From: an uncultured Alphaproteobacteria bacterium
Lineage (GTDB): Bacteria; Pseudomonadota; Alphaproteobacteria; Rhizobiales; Xanthobacteraceae
Direction of reading: 5' to 3'
Assembly: GCA_963756805.1 (NCBI GenBank)
Contig: CAVWPH010000012.1
Location: 49,742 to 113,741, forward strand
DNA: 64,000 nucleotides
In this document: positions 1 to 10,835 of the stretch, piece after piece
Layout of the letters: the number at the start of each line of letters is the position of its first letter
How positions within the stretch are numbered: the first letter of the stretch is position 1
The notes under the pieces: generated by a model
The model's input: only the letters and a program-made list of their open reading frames with translations
Database searches by the model: none
Told to the model about the DNA's origin: nothing
Position numbers and translations under genes: made by a program

Positions 1-171
1 TTGCACGCCGCGCGGCAGACCGACCCATACGCGCGTCCAATTGACGTCGGTGGTGCCGAAAGCGAGCGCGAGATAAACCGCGGCACCCAAGCCAAGCGTC
101 CAGCGCAGCCACGCGCGCTTGATCAGCGGCGGTTTTTTCCAGTGGCGCGGCGCCGCGACGGCGACAGACAT
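1..171 (-). CDS. phnE: Phosphonate ABC transporter permease, N-terminal part (runs off window start)
   Basis: Read manually: ATG at 171 overlaps the phnC stop (TGATG). Translates [39 protein letters not shown], a hydrophobic segment directly after the ABC ATPase. Confidence 0.7.
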   Translation of the reverse strand, partial: MSVAVAAPRHWKKPPLIKRAWLRWTLGLGAAVYLALAFGTTDVNWTRVWVGLPRGVQ

Positions 172-1019
172 CAGGTCAATCCCGCCAAACGATCGCGGCT
201 TGGCAATGGCGGCTCGAACGGCACGACATTGTCTTCCGCCGGCTCGTCCACGTCGTCGGCCTTGCGGATGGTGGCGGACCAGTCTTCCTCGCCGTAGATC
301 GAGGTCAGCACCGCGGGCGTGAGTTGATCCGGCGGGCCGTCATAGACGATCTCGCCCAGCCGCAAGCCGACGATGCGCTCGGCAAACATCTGCGCCAGCA
401 TGACGTCGTGGATATTGATGATGGCCGAAAGTTTGCGCTCGCCGCACAATTCCTTGATCAGCCGCATGATCTGGCGCGAGGTCTTAGGGTCCAGCGAGGC
501 GGTCGGCTCATCGACCAGCAGCAGCGCCGGATTCTGGATCAAGGCGCGGCAAATGCCGACGCGCTGGCGTTGCCCGCCGGACAATTCATCGGCGCGCTTG
601 TTGGCCATGTGGTCGAGGCCGACGCGTTCCAGCAGGCGGAAGGCCTCGTCGATGTCGGATTGCGGAAATTTTCGCAGCCAGCTCTGCCAGAAACCGACAT
701 AGCCAAGCCGTCCGCTGAGCACGTTCTCCATCACCGAGAGACGCTCGACCAGCGCGTATTCCTGGAAGATCATGCCCATGCGCCGGCGCATGCGGCGCAA
801 CTCGGCGCCGCCGAGGCCGGTGATCTCGGTGTCATCGAGCGCGATGGTGCCTTCGGTCGGCTCGACCAGCCGGTTGATGCAGCGGATGACGGTGGATTTG
901 CCGGCGCCCGACGGCCCGATCAGCGCCATCACCTGGCCGTCCGGCACATCGATATCGATGCCCTTGAGCGCGAGGTCGCCGGTGCGATAGCGCTTGGTCA
1001 GGCCTTTGATGCGTAACAT
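171..1019 (-). CDS. phnC: Phosphonate ABC transporter ATP-binding protein
   Basis: Walker A GPSGAGKS, signature LSGGQRQR, Walker B LLVDEP, and PhnC-typical ENVLSGRLG. Confidence 0.9.
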   Translation of the reverse strand: MLRIKGLTKRYRTGDLALKGIDIDVPDGQVMALIGPSGAGKSTVIRCINRLVEPTEGTIALDDTEITGLGGAELRRMRRRMGMIFQEYALVERLSVMENVLSGRLGYVGFWQSWLRKFPQSDIDEAFRLLERVGLDHMANKRADELSGGQRQRVGICRALIQNPALLLVDEPTASLDPKTSRQIMRLIKELCGERKLSAIINIHDVMLAQMFAERIVGLRLGEIVYDGPPDQLTPAVLTSIYGEEDWSATIRKADDVDEPAEDNVVPFEPPLPSRDRLAGLT

Positions 1020-1078
1020 CCAGCGTCGCCCCCCGCGGCAGCAACAGTTCGCATACCGCGGCCGCGAATGCGGTGCGC

Positions 1079-1189
1079 TCCCTCTCCCGTTGGGGAGAGG
1101 GTGGGGTGAGGGGGTCTAGGATCCTCGATAAAGTGTAACCCCTCACCCGGCGCACTGCGTGCGCCGACCTCTCCCTTGGGAGAGGTGAA
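1079..1189. repeat. REP-like palindromic element, family A (CCCTCTCCC..GGGAGAGGG / CCCCTCACCC)
   Basis: Two hairpin-rich arms in inverted arrangement between phnD and phnC; related to 52164-52283. Confidence 0.8.
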
Positions 1190-1222
1190 ACGGTGTGCCG
1201 TGCGTTCGCTCCAATTGTCGTT

Positions 1223-2197
1223 TCACTTGCAGGCGTATTTGACGCCATTCGCCGCGTCGATCTTGCGAATGATGCTCCAGTCTTTCTTGTAGGTGATCGG
1301 GACGAAGCGATCCGATTTCTTGAATTCCGCCTTGAGCGAGGACCCTTCCCACGGGAAGGTGAAGAACGCTTCCTTGATCTTGGCGACGAGCTTGGGATCG
1401 AGATTGTGCGCGTAGCCGTAGCCGGTGGTCGGGAAGGTTTCCGACTTGTAGATGCTGCGGATTTTCGACTTGTCGACCACCTTGCGCTCGAACATGCGGA
1501 ACATGACTTCATTGGCGATCGAGGCCGCGTCGTAATCTTTGTTGGCGACGCCCATCACCGAATTGTCGTGCTTGCCGGAGAACACCGGCTCGAAGTCGCG
1601 CTTGGCCTCGAGATTGAATTCGGACTTCAGGATCGCCGACGGCGCCTTGAATCCTGAATTCGAGGTGGGCGAGGTGAAGGCGAGCTTATGGCCCTTGAGA
1701 TCGGCCGGCGTTTTGATCGGCGAGTCGGCGGGCACGATGATTTCCATCTCGTAGCCGAACACGCCGTCTTTGTTTGCCATGATGGCGAAGGGGACGAAGC
1801 CGGCGCAATTCACCGCGATTGGATTGCCGCCGGTGTTGACGCCGGCAACATGCAGGCGGCCCGAGCGCATCGCTTCCAGTTGCGCGGCATTCGACTGCAC
1901 CGGGAAAAAGACCACTTTCTTAGCCGTGACCTTTTCCATGTGCTTGATGAAGCCGTCCCATGCTTTCTGGTAGACCGCCGGGTCTTCGACCGGGGTGTAG
2001 GAGAAGATGATGGTCGACGGATTGACCAATTGCTTGGGATCGGTCGGCGCGTCGGCGACCAGATCGCCGTTGCGGTCGCAATAGGCTTTGTCGAGGTCGC
2101 CGCGCGGGCAGTCTTCCGCGCGAAGCGTGCCGATCATTCCGGCGCCGATGATGAGCGCTGCAAGAACGCTCGCGATGGTATTGATATGCCGTTGCAT
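1223..2197 (-). CDS. phnD: Phosphate/phosphite/phosphonate ABC substrate-binding protein (PhnD family)
   Basis: Signal peptide from MQRHINT; motifs YTPVED, TSPTSNSG, SGKHDNS; upstream of phnC. Confidence 0.85.
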   Translation of the reverse strand: MQRHINTIASVLAALIIGAGMIGTLRAEDCPRGDLDKAYCDRNGDLVADAPTDPKQLVNPSTIIFSYTPVEDPAVYQKAWDGFIKHMEKVTAKKVVFFPVQSNAAQLEAMRSGRLHVAGVNTGGNPIAVNCAGFVPFAIMANKDGVFGYEMEIIVPADSPIKTPADLKGHKLAFTSPTSNSGFKAPSAILKSEFNLEAKRDFEPVFSGKHDNSVMGVANKDYDAASIANEVMFRMFERKVVDKSKIRSIYKSETFPTTGYGYAHNLDPKLVAKIKEAFFTFPWEGSSLKAEFKKSDRFVPITYKKDWSIIRKIDAANGVKYACK

Positions 2198-2535
2198 TAT
2201 GTCGCCTCCCTGCGGTCCCGGTGCCGCGAGCGCTTTGCCCGTGCCCGGTCCGTCCATGCTTGTGCGTCAGCTTACCGCACCATTTGCGGTAGGGATATTG
2301 GGGCCTGGTGCGGGCGAATAAGCATTTAAATCCGGCTTATATTGCACGCAAATGACGCAGCTTTTGCGGCTTTACGAGCGGGTCACGCGTTATTCACAAG
2401 CGTGTCAGATGGGCCTAAAAAATCGGCTGCAAGGTTGCCCGATGGTGTGCCAAATGGAACAATTGCATCCATTGTTCGTATCACTACGTAGATCGACTGC
2501 CGCTTACCTTTGAATAAACGCTAGGAGGCCCATCA

Positions 2536-3832
2536 ATGGCGCGCACCGCGATTACGCCGGTTCCGCGATCAGCCGCCATCGGGCCGGCCGCCGCATCGAA
2601 CAAGATGCCATCCATCGACGAGGCGCGGCCCGCTTGGCTCGCGGCCTTCCGCCGCGTGCGCGGTGAGACCGAGCGGCGGGCGTCGCATCTGTCGGCCGAA
2701 GACCAGATCGTGCAGTCGATGGCGGATGCGAGCCCCACCAAATGGCATCGCGCCCACGTCACCTGGTTCTTCGAAACAGTTCCTGCTGGTGCCGCACGAC
2801 CCGGACTACAAGATTTTCGACGAGCGCTTTCCATTCCTGTTTAACTCCTATTACGTCGCCGCCGGTCCGCGTCACGCGCGCCCGCAGCGCGGACTGATCA
2901 CGCGGCCGAACGCCGAGGACGTCACCGGTTATCGCGCGCATGTCGACGCCGCGGTCGAGCGGCTGATCGAACGGGTGCCTGCGGCGGAATCCGCGCGCGT
3001 GTTCGAAATCCTCGAAATTGGGTTGCATCACGAGCAGCAGCATCAGGAATTGCTGATCACCGACATCCTGCACGCCTTCGCGCAAAACCCGACCGACCCG
3101 GTTTATGATGCAAGCTGGCGCATGCCGGCCGCAACGCAAATTCTTCGAAGCATTGGTCCGCGCGGCTTTGTCGATGTGCCGTCGGGGATTCATGCGGTCG
3201 GACATGACGGTAAAAGTTTTTGTTTCGATAACGAGACGCCGCTGCATGACGAGCTCATTCCGGATGTGCGCATCGCGCGCCATCTCACGACCAATGCCGA
3301 ATGGCTCGAATTCATCAAAGCCGGCGGCTACACCACGCCATCGCTCTGGCTGTCAGACGGCTGGGCGGCGGTGCAGGCGGAAGGCTGGCAGGCGCCCGGC
3401 TATTGGCGGCACCAAGACGGCCCAAAGGACGGCCATTGGGTTTCGATGACGCTCGCAGGCTTAAAGCCGATCGATCCGGCCGCGCCCGTGATGCATATCA
3501 GCTATTACGAGGCCGACGCCTTTGCGCGGTTTGCCGGCAAACACTTGCCGAGCGAGGCGGAATGGGAAGTGGCCGCGCACGCCGGCGTGATCGCCGATGC
3601 TTTCGGCATCGCTTGGCAATGGACGCGCAGTGCCTATCTACCTTATCCGGGCTACCGCGCGGCCGAAGGGGCGCTCGGCGAATACAACGGCAAGTTCATG
3701 GTCAGCCAGATGGTGCTGCGCGGCTCCTCGCTGGCGACACCGGAAGGCCACGAACGGATCAGCTATCGCAATTTTTTCTATCCCCCGTCGCGCTGGCAGT
3801 TCACCGGTTTGCGCCTCGCTGAATTCAATTAA
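2536..3832 (+). CDS. egtB: Ergothioneine biosynthesis sulfoxide synthase EgtB (one frameshift near 2775)
   Basis: QSMADASPTKWHRAHVTWFFE in one frame continues as QFLL..FLFNSYY..HHEQQHQE..YNGKFM..YRNFF in the next; followed by egtD. Confidence 0.9.
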
Positions 3833-3847
3833 GCGGAAAGGATTATC

Positions 3848-4846
3848 ATGGTCGCGCTTGCACGCTCCCGCCGTCCACAGCCGCAAAATACGGATAATTC
3901 GGCGTTTGAAGCCGACGTGGCCGCAGGCTTGAGCGCGAGCCCGAAGCGCCTGCATGCGAAATATTTCTATGACGGCACCGGCTCGCAATTGTTCGAGCGC
4001 ATCACCGAACAGCCGGAATATTACCCGACCCGCACCGAAATCGGGATCTTACGCAAGCACGCGGCCGATATCGCCAAGCTCGTTCCGCCCGGCGCGGCGC
4101 TGGTCGAATTCGGCTCAGGCTCGAGCAAGAAGGCGCGCATTCTGCTGCGCGCGCTGCGCCCGCTTGCCGCCTACGTGCCGGTCGATATCTGCGGCGAGAT
4201 GATCGAACAGGAAGCCGCCGAACTGCGCCCGGACTTTCCGGGCCTGAAGGTGCTGCCGGTGACCGCCGATATCACGCAACCCTTTGACCTGCCGGACGCG
4301 GCGAAAGCCGCGCCGGTTCGCGTTGGATTTTTCCCGGGTTCGACCATCGGCAATTTCGAGCCGCACGAAGCGGCGGCTTTCTTGCGCAACGCGGCGCAAA
4401 TTCTTGGGCCCGGCGCGACGCTGATCGTCGGTGTCGATCTCATCAAGGATGCCGACGTCCTCAACGCCGCCTATAACGACGCCAATGGCGTCACCGCCAA
4501 GTTCAATCTCAATCTGCTCACGCGCATCAATCGCGAACTGCGCGGCAATTTCAAGCTCGACACCTTCGAGCATCACGCCTTCTACAACCGCGAACGCAAC
4601 CGCATCGAGATGCATCTCGCCAGCCTCAAGCGGCAGAAGGTGAAGGTTGCCGGCGACGCATTCGACTTCCGCGCCGGCGAAACCATCCACACCGAGAGCT
4701 CCTACAAATACTCGCCTGAGTCGCTGGGCGCGCTGGCGCGCGGCGCCGGCTGGCAGCCGGCGGCGGTGTGGACCGACGAGCGCAAATTTTTCTCGATCCA
4801 GGCCTTCACGCTCGGCGACAGCCCGGCCGCGCCCGCCAAGGTCTAA
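3848..4846 (+). CDS. egtD: L-histidine N-alpha-methyltransferase EgtD
   Basis: KYFYD, PEYYPTRTE, EFGSGSSKK, FFPGSTIGNF, IHTESSYKY. Confidence 0.92.
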   Translation: MVALARSRRPQPQNTDNSAFEADVAAGLSASPKRLHAKYFYDGTGSQLFERITEQPEYYPTRTEIGILRKHAADIAKLVPPGAALVEFGSGSSKKARILLRALRPLAAYVPVDICGEMIEQEAAELRPDFPGLKVLPVTADITQPFDLPDAAKAAPVRVGFFPGSTIGNFEPHEAAAFLRNAAQILGPGATLIVGVDLIKDADVLNAAYNDANGVTAKFNLNLLTRINRELRGNFKLDTFEHHAFYNRERNRIEMHLASLKRQKVKVAGDAFDFRAGETIHTESSYKYSPESLGALARGAGWQPAAVWTDERKFFSIQAFTLGDSPAAPAKV

Positions 4847-4946
4847 CGCTGGCGAGGCGGCCTTTCCCAACCGTATTGCTTGCGCTAAGCACGTGGCCCG
4901 GCCTGTGACGGCTGGGCCGTGCGCGCTTTCGTACAGGTGAAATCTC

Positions 4947-5822
4947 ATGAAGATTGTCGGGTTTGAAGCGAACAACGGTTTGCGGCTGGGCGTGGTCGAG
5001 GGCGACAGCGTCATCGATCTGCAGGCGGTGGACGCGAGTCTGCCGGCCGATCTTGGCGAGGTGCTGCGGCGGAGCAATGGCGATCTCAAGCCGATCGCCG
5101 ATCTTGCCAAAAGCGCGCCCGCCACTGCGCGCCGTCCGCTTGCCGGTCTTAAATATGCGCTGCCGGTCGCGCGCCCCGGCAAGATCATCTGCCTCGGCCT
5201 CAATTATCTCGATCACGTCAAGGAAGGCCCGCAGAAAGACAACATCCCGAAATTCCAGTCGATCTTCTTCCGCATGCTATCGTCGCTCGCGCCTCATCTG
5301 CAGCCGCTGATACGGCCGAAGAAATCGATCCAGTTCGATTACGAAGGCGAGATGGTCGTGGTCATCGGCAAGCGCGCCAAGCACCTCACGCTGGAAAATG
5401 CCGCCGACTGCGTCGCCGGCTATTCGTGCGGCATGGAAGGCTCGATCCGCGAATATCAGCGCCACACCACGCAGTGGGGCATGGGCAAGAACTTCGATAA
5501 TACCGGCAGCGTCGGCCCCTGGATGGTCACCGCCGACGAATTGCCGCGCGGCGGCAAGGGGCTCAAGATCGAAAGCCGGTTGAACGGCAAGGTGATGCAG
5601 TCGTCCAACACCGATAACTTCATGTTTCCGGTGGCGGAGTCGCTGGTTTATCTGACCGAAGGCATGACGCTGGAGCCGGGCGATATCCTGTTCACCGGCA
5701 CGCCGTCCGGCGTCGGCCATGCGCGCAAGCCGGAGCCTGTGTGGATGAAGGCCGGCGATACCATCGAGGTCGAGGTCGAGGGCATCGGCGTTTTGCGCAA
5801 TCCGATTGAAGACGAGAAGTGA
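4947..5822 (+). CDS. Fumarylacetoacetate hydrolase family protein
   Basis: KIICLGLNY, DYEGE, GKNFD, TGTPSGVG. Confidence 0.9.
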   Translation: MKIVGFEANNGLRLGVVEGDSVIDLQAVDASLPADLGEVLRRSNGDLKPIADLAKSAPATARRPLAGLKYALPVARPGKIICLGLNYLDHVKEGPQKDNIPKFQSIFFRMLSSLAPHLQPLIRPKKSIQFDYEGEMVVVIGKRAKHLTLENAADCVAGYSCGMEGSIREYQRHTTQWGMGKNFDNTGSVGPWMVTADELPRGGKGLKIESRLNGKVMQSSNTDNFMFPVAESLVYLTEGMTLEPGDILFTGTPSGVGHARKPEPVWMKAGDTIEVEVEGIGVLRNPIEDEK

Positions 5823-5867
5823 ACGAAACGCGGCCGGGCGCGTTGTTGTCGATATTTGGAGGAAGCT

Positions 5868-6436
5868 ATGGCCGATCAATTAAAAGTCTTGGTGATTTGC
5901 GGCTCGCTGCGTAAAGGCTCTTTCAATCGTGCGCTGACGCGCGCTTTGCCTGGCCTGGCGCCGCCGGAAATGAAGCTCATCGACGCGCCGCCGCTCGGCG
6001 ACTTTCCGCTCTACAACGCCGACGTCCAGGAAGCCTCCGGCTTTCCGCCGGCGGCCGAGAATCTTGCCACCGCTATTCGTGGCGCCGACGCCGTGCTGTT
6101 CGTGACGCCGGAATACAATTGGTCGATGCCGGGCGTGCTCAAGAACGCCATCGACTGGCTCTCGCGCATGAAGGATCAGCCGTTCAACGGCAAGCCGGTC
6201 GCGATCCAGTCCTGTTCGCAAGGTCCGCTCGGCGGCGCCCGCATGCAGTATCATTGGCGCATGTCGATGACGTTTCTCAATGCGTTCATCTTCGGCACGC
6301 CCGAAATCTTCGTAGGCCTCGCGCAGACCAAGTTCGACAAGGATACGCTTGAGCTTAAGGATCAGCCGACCAAGGACTTCGTCAAAACGCAGCTCGCGGC
6401 GTTTGCGAAATTTATCGAGAAGATGAAGCGCATTGA
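5868..6436 (+). CDS. NADPH-dependent FMN reductase (ChrR/YieF-like); stop probably lost to an indel
   Basis: GSLRKGSFN and TPEYNWSMPGVLKNAIDW; out-of-frame TGA at 6434-6436 where the domain should end. Confidence 0.8.
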
Positions 6437-6467
6437 TATATCGAACGTGGGCGACCGGAGATGGCCC

Positions 6468-7296
6468 ATGTCATTGTCGGAGACGGAATTAAAGGCCTTC
6501 GAGGATTTTGAAAAAGCGGGCTGGGAACGGGCGGCCGATCCTTATCACCAGCATTGGGGCGGCCTGTCGCAGCAATCGGCGGAAGCTATGCTCGACGCGG
6601 CCAATGTTGGCAGAGGCTCGCGCGTTCTCGATATCGCCACAGGCGCGGGTTATGTCGCGGCGGCGGCCGCCAAACGTGGCGCCCGTGCAATCGGACTCGA
6701 TTTTTCGGCCGCCCAGGTCGATCTCGCCAAAACGACCTATCCTGATGTTGAATTTCGCCAGGGCGACGCCGAGAATCTTGCCTTCGACGATGAGAGTTTC
6801 GATGCGGTCGTCATCGGTTTCGGTGTCAATCATCTGCCGCACCCGGAACAAGCTTTCATGCAGGCCGTACGCGTATTGCGAAGCGGTGGCGTGTTCGCTT
6901 TCACAGTTTGGGCCGCGCCCAAACCCGGCGAAGGGTTTGGTATCGTGCTCGGCGCCATCGACAAGCATGGCGATAAGAGCGTGACAATTGCCACCGGCGC
7001 CGCCTTATTTTCGCTTCGCTGACGCCGGCGAAGCGAGGCGCGTGTTCGCACAGGCGGGATTTGTCGATCCTGGCACGCGCGTCGTCGAGCAGTTCTGGCG
7101 GCACGACACGTCCGATCAGGTGTTCGATGCTTTCAACGAGGGCGCAGTGCGCGCGACCGCCATGCTGCGCGGCCAACCGGCGGCGGCACGGGAAAAGATT
7201 CGCGCGGCCGTGCGCGCCGAAGTCGAGCGCTTGCGGCAAGATGGAAAATATGTGGTGCCGGTGCCGGCGGCCTTGTCGTGGGGACGAAAGCCTTAG
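6468..7296 (+). CDS. Class I SAM-dependent methyltransferase (frameshift near 6988)
   Basis: Own GGAG RBS before ATG 6468; VLDIATGAG motif I, GDAENL; continues as PPAPPYFRFAD in another frame. Confidence 0.8.
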
Positions 7297-7307
7297 AGTG
7301 CGCGCGG

Positions 7308-8199
7308 TTACACCGCGCGTAGCCGACGCACGAAGGACGCGACCGCGTCGGCCGATCTCGTCCGGGCTGTCCTCCTGGATGAAATGCAACCCTTTCACCG
7401 TGACCTCGGTCTGGTTCGGCCAGCGGCGGCAAATCTCGCGCTGGCGGCCGGTGAGGATCGAGCCGGGATCGGCGTTGATGAACAGCTTGGGCACGTCGCT
7501 GAGGCGAGCCAGCCTGCGTAGCGCTCGACGGTTGCCACCACGTCGGCGGGTTCGCCATCGATCGGGATCATGCGCGGCCAGGTCAGCGTAGGGCGGCGAT
7601 CCTCGCCGGGCTTGGCAAAGGGTGCGCGGTAGACCGCCATTTCCTCGTCGCGACAACTTGCGCATGACCGAACTAGGCAGCACGCGCTCGACGAACATGT
7701 TGTTGGTCAGGATCATGTCCTCGCCTTTGTCGGAGCGAAACCCCTGGAAGGCGCGGCGCGCGTTCTCCGGCCAATCGTCCAGGTCAGCGGCGAAACGATC
7801 GCTTCCATGTAGACGATGCCGGCGACACGATTGCGATTTTGCTCGGCCCAGTCGAATCCGAGCGCCGAGCCCCAATCGTGCAGCACCAACACGACCTTGT
7901 CGCCGAGCGCGAGTTGGTCCCACAGCGCGAACAGATAGTCGCGCTGTTCGGCGTAAGTGTAACGAGTGGGGCCGGAGTTCTCGAGCTTGTCGCTGTCCCC
8001 CATGCCGATCAGGTCGCAAGCGATCAATCGCCCGAGGCCCGCACAATGCGGCATCACGTTGCGCCAGAGATAAGACGAGGTCGGGTTGCCGTGCTGGAAC
8101 ACGATTGCATGGCCGCTGGCCAGCCTCGACATAGGCCATGCGCTTGCCGTTGACGGTGGCAAACTTTTTCGGCGCGAATGGCGCGGCGGAAATCGGCAT
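7308..8199 (-). CDS. Haloalkane dehalogenase (LinB/DhaA-like), about five frameshifts
   Basis: [29 protein letters not shown] nucleophile, YMEA acid, [17 protein letters not shown], spread over three frames. Confidence 0.85.
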
Positions 8200-8215
8200 T
8201 GTCTAACTGCCCTCC

Positions 8216-8299
8216 GCTCATTCCCGCGCAAGCGGGAATCAGGGTTATAGATTTTCAGCCGTCATCCGCCCTGGGCCCCGCTTTCGCGGGGACGAACGA
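8216..8299. repeat. REP-like palindromic element, family B (ATTCCCGCGCAAGCGGGAAT ... CCCCGCTTTCGCGGGG)
   Basis: Two inverted hairpins around a short spacer in an intergenic region. Confidence 0.75.
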
Positions 8300-8305
8300 A
8301 ATGCT

Positions 8306-9421
8306 TTACCCCGCCGGCTGCGCCCGTTTCGGAAACAATTGCGGCCGCAGCTTCGGGTGCCCGGCCATGGTCTTGGGCGCATAGGGCGTCTCGGCGCCCA
8401 GTTCCTCGGCCGCGTGCCAGGCCCAGCGCGGATCCCAGATCGCCGCGCGCGCGAGACAAATGAGATCGGCCTTGCCGGAAGCGACGATGTCTTCCGCCTG
8501 CTGATAGCCGGCGATCAGGCCGACCGTCATGGTGGTGATGCCGCTTTCCTTTTTCACCTTCTCGGCGAAGGGCACCTGATAGCCAGGCGAGAGCGGAATC
8601 TTCTGCGCCGGCGACAGCCCGCCGGTGGACACGTCCATATAGTCCATGCCGCGTTTTTTCAGTTCCTTCGCCAGCACCACAGTTTCTTCCGGCGTCCAGC
8701 CGCCATCGACCCAGTCGGTGGCGGAGACGCGCATGCCGAGCGGCTTTTGCTCGGGCCAAACCTTGCGCACCGCCTCGTACATTTCGATGGCAAAGCGCAT
8801 GCGGTTTTCCAGCGAGCCGCCATATTCATCGGTGCGCTTGTTGGTGATCGGCGACAGGAACTGATGCGTCAGATAGCCGTGCGCGCCGTGCAGCTCGATC
8901 ACGTCGAAGCCGATGCGGTCGATGCGCTTCGCCGCCGACGCGAATTCACCGATGACGCGCTTGATGTCGTCCTTGGTCATGGCGTGCGGCATCGGCCAGC
9001 CGGTGTCGTAGGGGATGGCGGAGGGCGCTTCCGGCGTCCAGGCGTCGGGGCCTTCCAGGATCGGCTTGCCGCCGGCGGCCGGCGGCGTGGTCGGACCTTT
9101 GCGCCCCGCATGCGCCAATTGCACGCCGAGCTTGGCGACGCCGTATTGCCGGCAGAAATCGTAAACGCGCTTGAGCGCCTTCTCGTTGTCGTCGGAATAC
9201 ATGCCGGCGCATTTCGGCGAGATGCGGCCTTGCGGGTTGACGTCGGTCATCTCGGTCATCACCAGGCCGGCGGCGCCGAGCGACATATTGCCGAGATGCA
9301 TCAGATGCCAATCATTGGCCGAGCCGTCGTTGGAATTGTACTGGCACATCGGCGACACCACGACGCGGTTCGGCAGTGTGAGACCGCGCATGGTGAGGGG
9401 AGAAAACAGGACGCTAGCCAT
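8306..9421 (-). CDS. NADH:flavin oxidoreductase, old yellow enzyme family (YqjM/NamA-like)
   Basis: VSPMCQY, QLAHAGRK, HGAHGYL, RTDEYGGSLENR. Confidence 0.92.
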   Translation of the reverse strand: MASVLFSPLTMRGLTLPNRVVVSPMCQYNSNDGSANDWHLMHLGNMSLGAAGLVMTEMTDVNPQGRISPKCAGMYSDDNEKALKRVYDFCRQYGVAKLGVQLAHAGRKGPTTPPAAGGKPILEGPDAWTPEAPSAIPYDTGWPMPHAMTKDDIKRVIGEFASAAKRIDRIGFDVIELHGAHGYLTHQFLSPITNKRTDEYGGSLENRMRFAIEMYEAVRKVWPEQKPLGMRVSATDWVDGGWTPEETVVLAKELKKRGMDYMDVSTGGLSPAQKIPLSPGYQVPFAEKVKKESGITTMTVGLIAGYQQAEDIVASGKADLICLARAAIWDPRWAWHAAEELGAETPYAPKTMAGHPKLRPQLFPKRAQPAG

Positions 9422-9460
9422 TTGAAGGATTTCCTTTTGGTGCGGAGATGTGCGGAGGGC

Positions 9461-9843
9461 TCAACCGCCCATATGATAGGCGTGCATGGCAACGACCAGA
9501 CAACAGATTGCCCAGAAGATGCAATATTCAACGCCGCCGATCACCCAGATCCAGCAGTTCTTGACCTTGTAGGTGGCGGCGGCCGCGACCAGCAGTGGAT
9601 AAAGCCGATCGCGCCGGCATAGGCGGTGTAGATGCCGAGGATCAGACAGACCGCGAGCGCGGTCTCGATCGTGCCGGCAATATACATCCACGTCTTGGGC
9701 GGCTTGAACCCGGCGGCGACGAAGAAGTCGAGCGTCGCCGGCACGGTGATTTTGCCGACGATGTGCGGAATGAAGAAGGCGCCGCAGATGATGCGCAGGA
9801 TGTTGAATTCGTTCAGCAGGTTAAATTTGTCGGCTAGCGACAT
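9461..9843 (-). CDS. DoxX family membrane protein (frameshift near 9590)
   Basis: LRIICGAFFIPH, then WIWVIGGVEYCIFWA in a second frame. Confidence 0.75.
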
Positions 9844-9967
9844 GGCGGTCCCCCGGAGGCGGGGAAATTCGCACTAATCGGGCGCTGCGCCAAGGCCCCG
9901 CCTTGTGCCCCGCATCCAGGTCTTTATACACAAGCCGGTAGAAGAGGTTGCGAGCGGGAGAGGCGCA

Positions 9968-10732
9968 ATGCCCAGGCTTGCGGAAAAAATCGCGATCGTC
10001 ACCGGCGGCGCCAAGGGCATCGGCCGGCATTATTCGCAGGCGCTGGCCGCCGAAGGCGCGCGCGTGATGATCGCCGATATCGCCGACGGCAAGGAACTGG
10101 CCGAGGAAATCGCCGGCCGCCACGGCGCCAATTCGGTGGCAAGCGTGAAGTTCGACGTCAGCGACGAAAAACAGGTGAAGAGCCTGGTGGCGCAAACTAT
10201 CGAGCGCTTCGGGCAGATCGACATCCTGGTCAACAATGCGGCGATTTATTCTTCGCTCAAGCCGCGCGATTTCAACGAATGGGACACCGACACCTGGGAC
10301 CGCGTCATGGCGGTGAATGTGCGCGGGTCTTATCTGATGGTGCGCCATGTCGCGCCGCATATGATGGAGCGGCGCCGCGGCAAGATCATCAACATCGCCT
10401 CGGGCGCGCCCTACAAGGGCATCACGCGCATGCTGCCTTACGTCACCTCCAAAGGCGCGGTGCTGGCTTTGACGCGTTCGCTGTCGCGCGAGCTCGGCGA
10501 CTACGGCATCGCAGTCAATTCGCTTTCGCCCGGCTATACGTTGAGCGACACCGGGCTCGAAAATACCGTCCATGTGGACGAGGCGCGCGTGCCCGGGCGT
10601 AATTCGCGCGCCTTTAAGCGCGACGCCTATCCGGAGGATCTGCTCGGCGCGCTGATATTTCTGGCCAGTAGCGACAGCGACTTCGTCACCGGCCAATCGC
10701 TGGTCGTGGACGGCGGGGCGGTCAATAACTAG
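9968..10732 (+). CDS. Short-chain dehydrogenase/reductase
   Basis: TGGAKGIG, NNAA, YVTSK, VDGG. Confidence 0.9.
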   Translation: MPRLAEKIAIVTGGAKGIGRHYSQALAAEGARVMIADIADGKELAEEIAGRHGANSVASVKFDVSDEKQVKSLVAQTIERFGQIDILVNNAAIYSSLKPRDFNEWDTDTWDRVMAVNVRGSYLMVRHVAPHMMERRRGKIINIASGAPYKGITRMLPYVTSKGAVLALTRSLSRELGDYGIAVNSLSPGYTLSDTGLENTVHVDEARVPGRNSRAFKRDAYPEDLLGALIFLASSDSDFVTGQSLVVDGGAVNN

Positions 10733-10835
10733 CTAATAGCCATGCAAAGACGGCGGTTGCGGGCAACTTCCGGCCCGGGCCGAACTGCGCTATAAAGTTA
10801 CAAATCAAACGATTGGCACGCGAAGGGAAACGCTC

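Noticed and set aside
5856-7022. Apparent FMN reductase-methyltransferase fusion (388 aa ORF)
   Set aside because: An out-of-frame TGA at 6434 sits where the reductase should end, and the methyltransferase has its own RBS and ATG at 6468. One indel explains it.
8216-8299. Resemblance to a type I-E CRISPR repeat (CCCCGC..GCGGGGA)
   Set aside because: Only two inverted copies, no direct-repeat/spacer array and no cas genes; it is a REP-like element.
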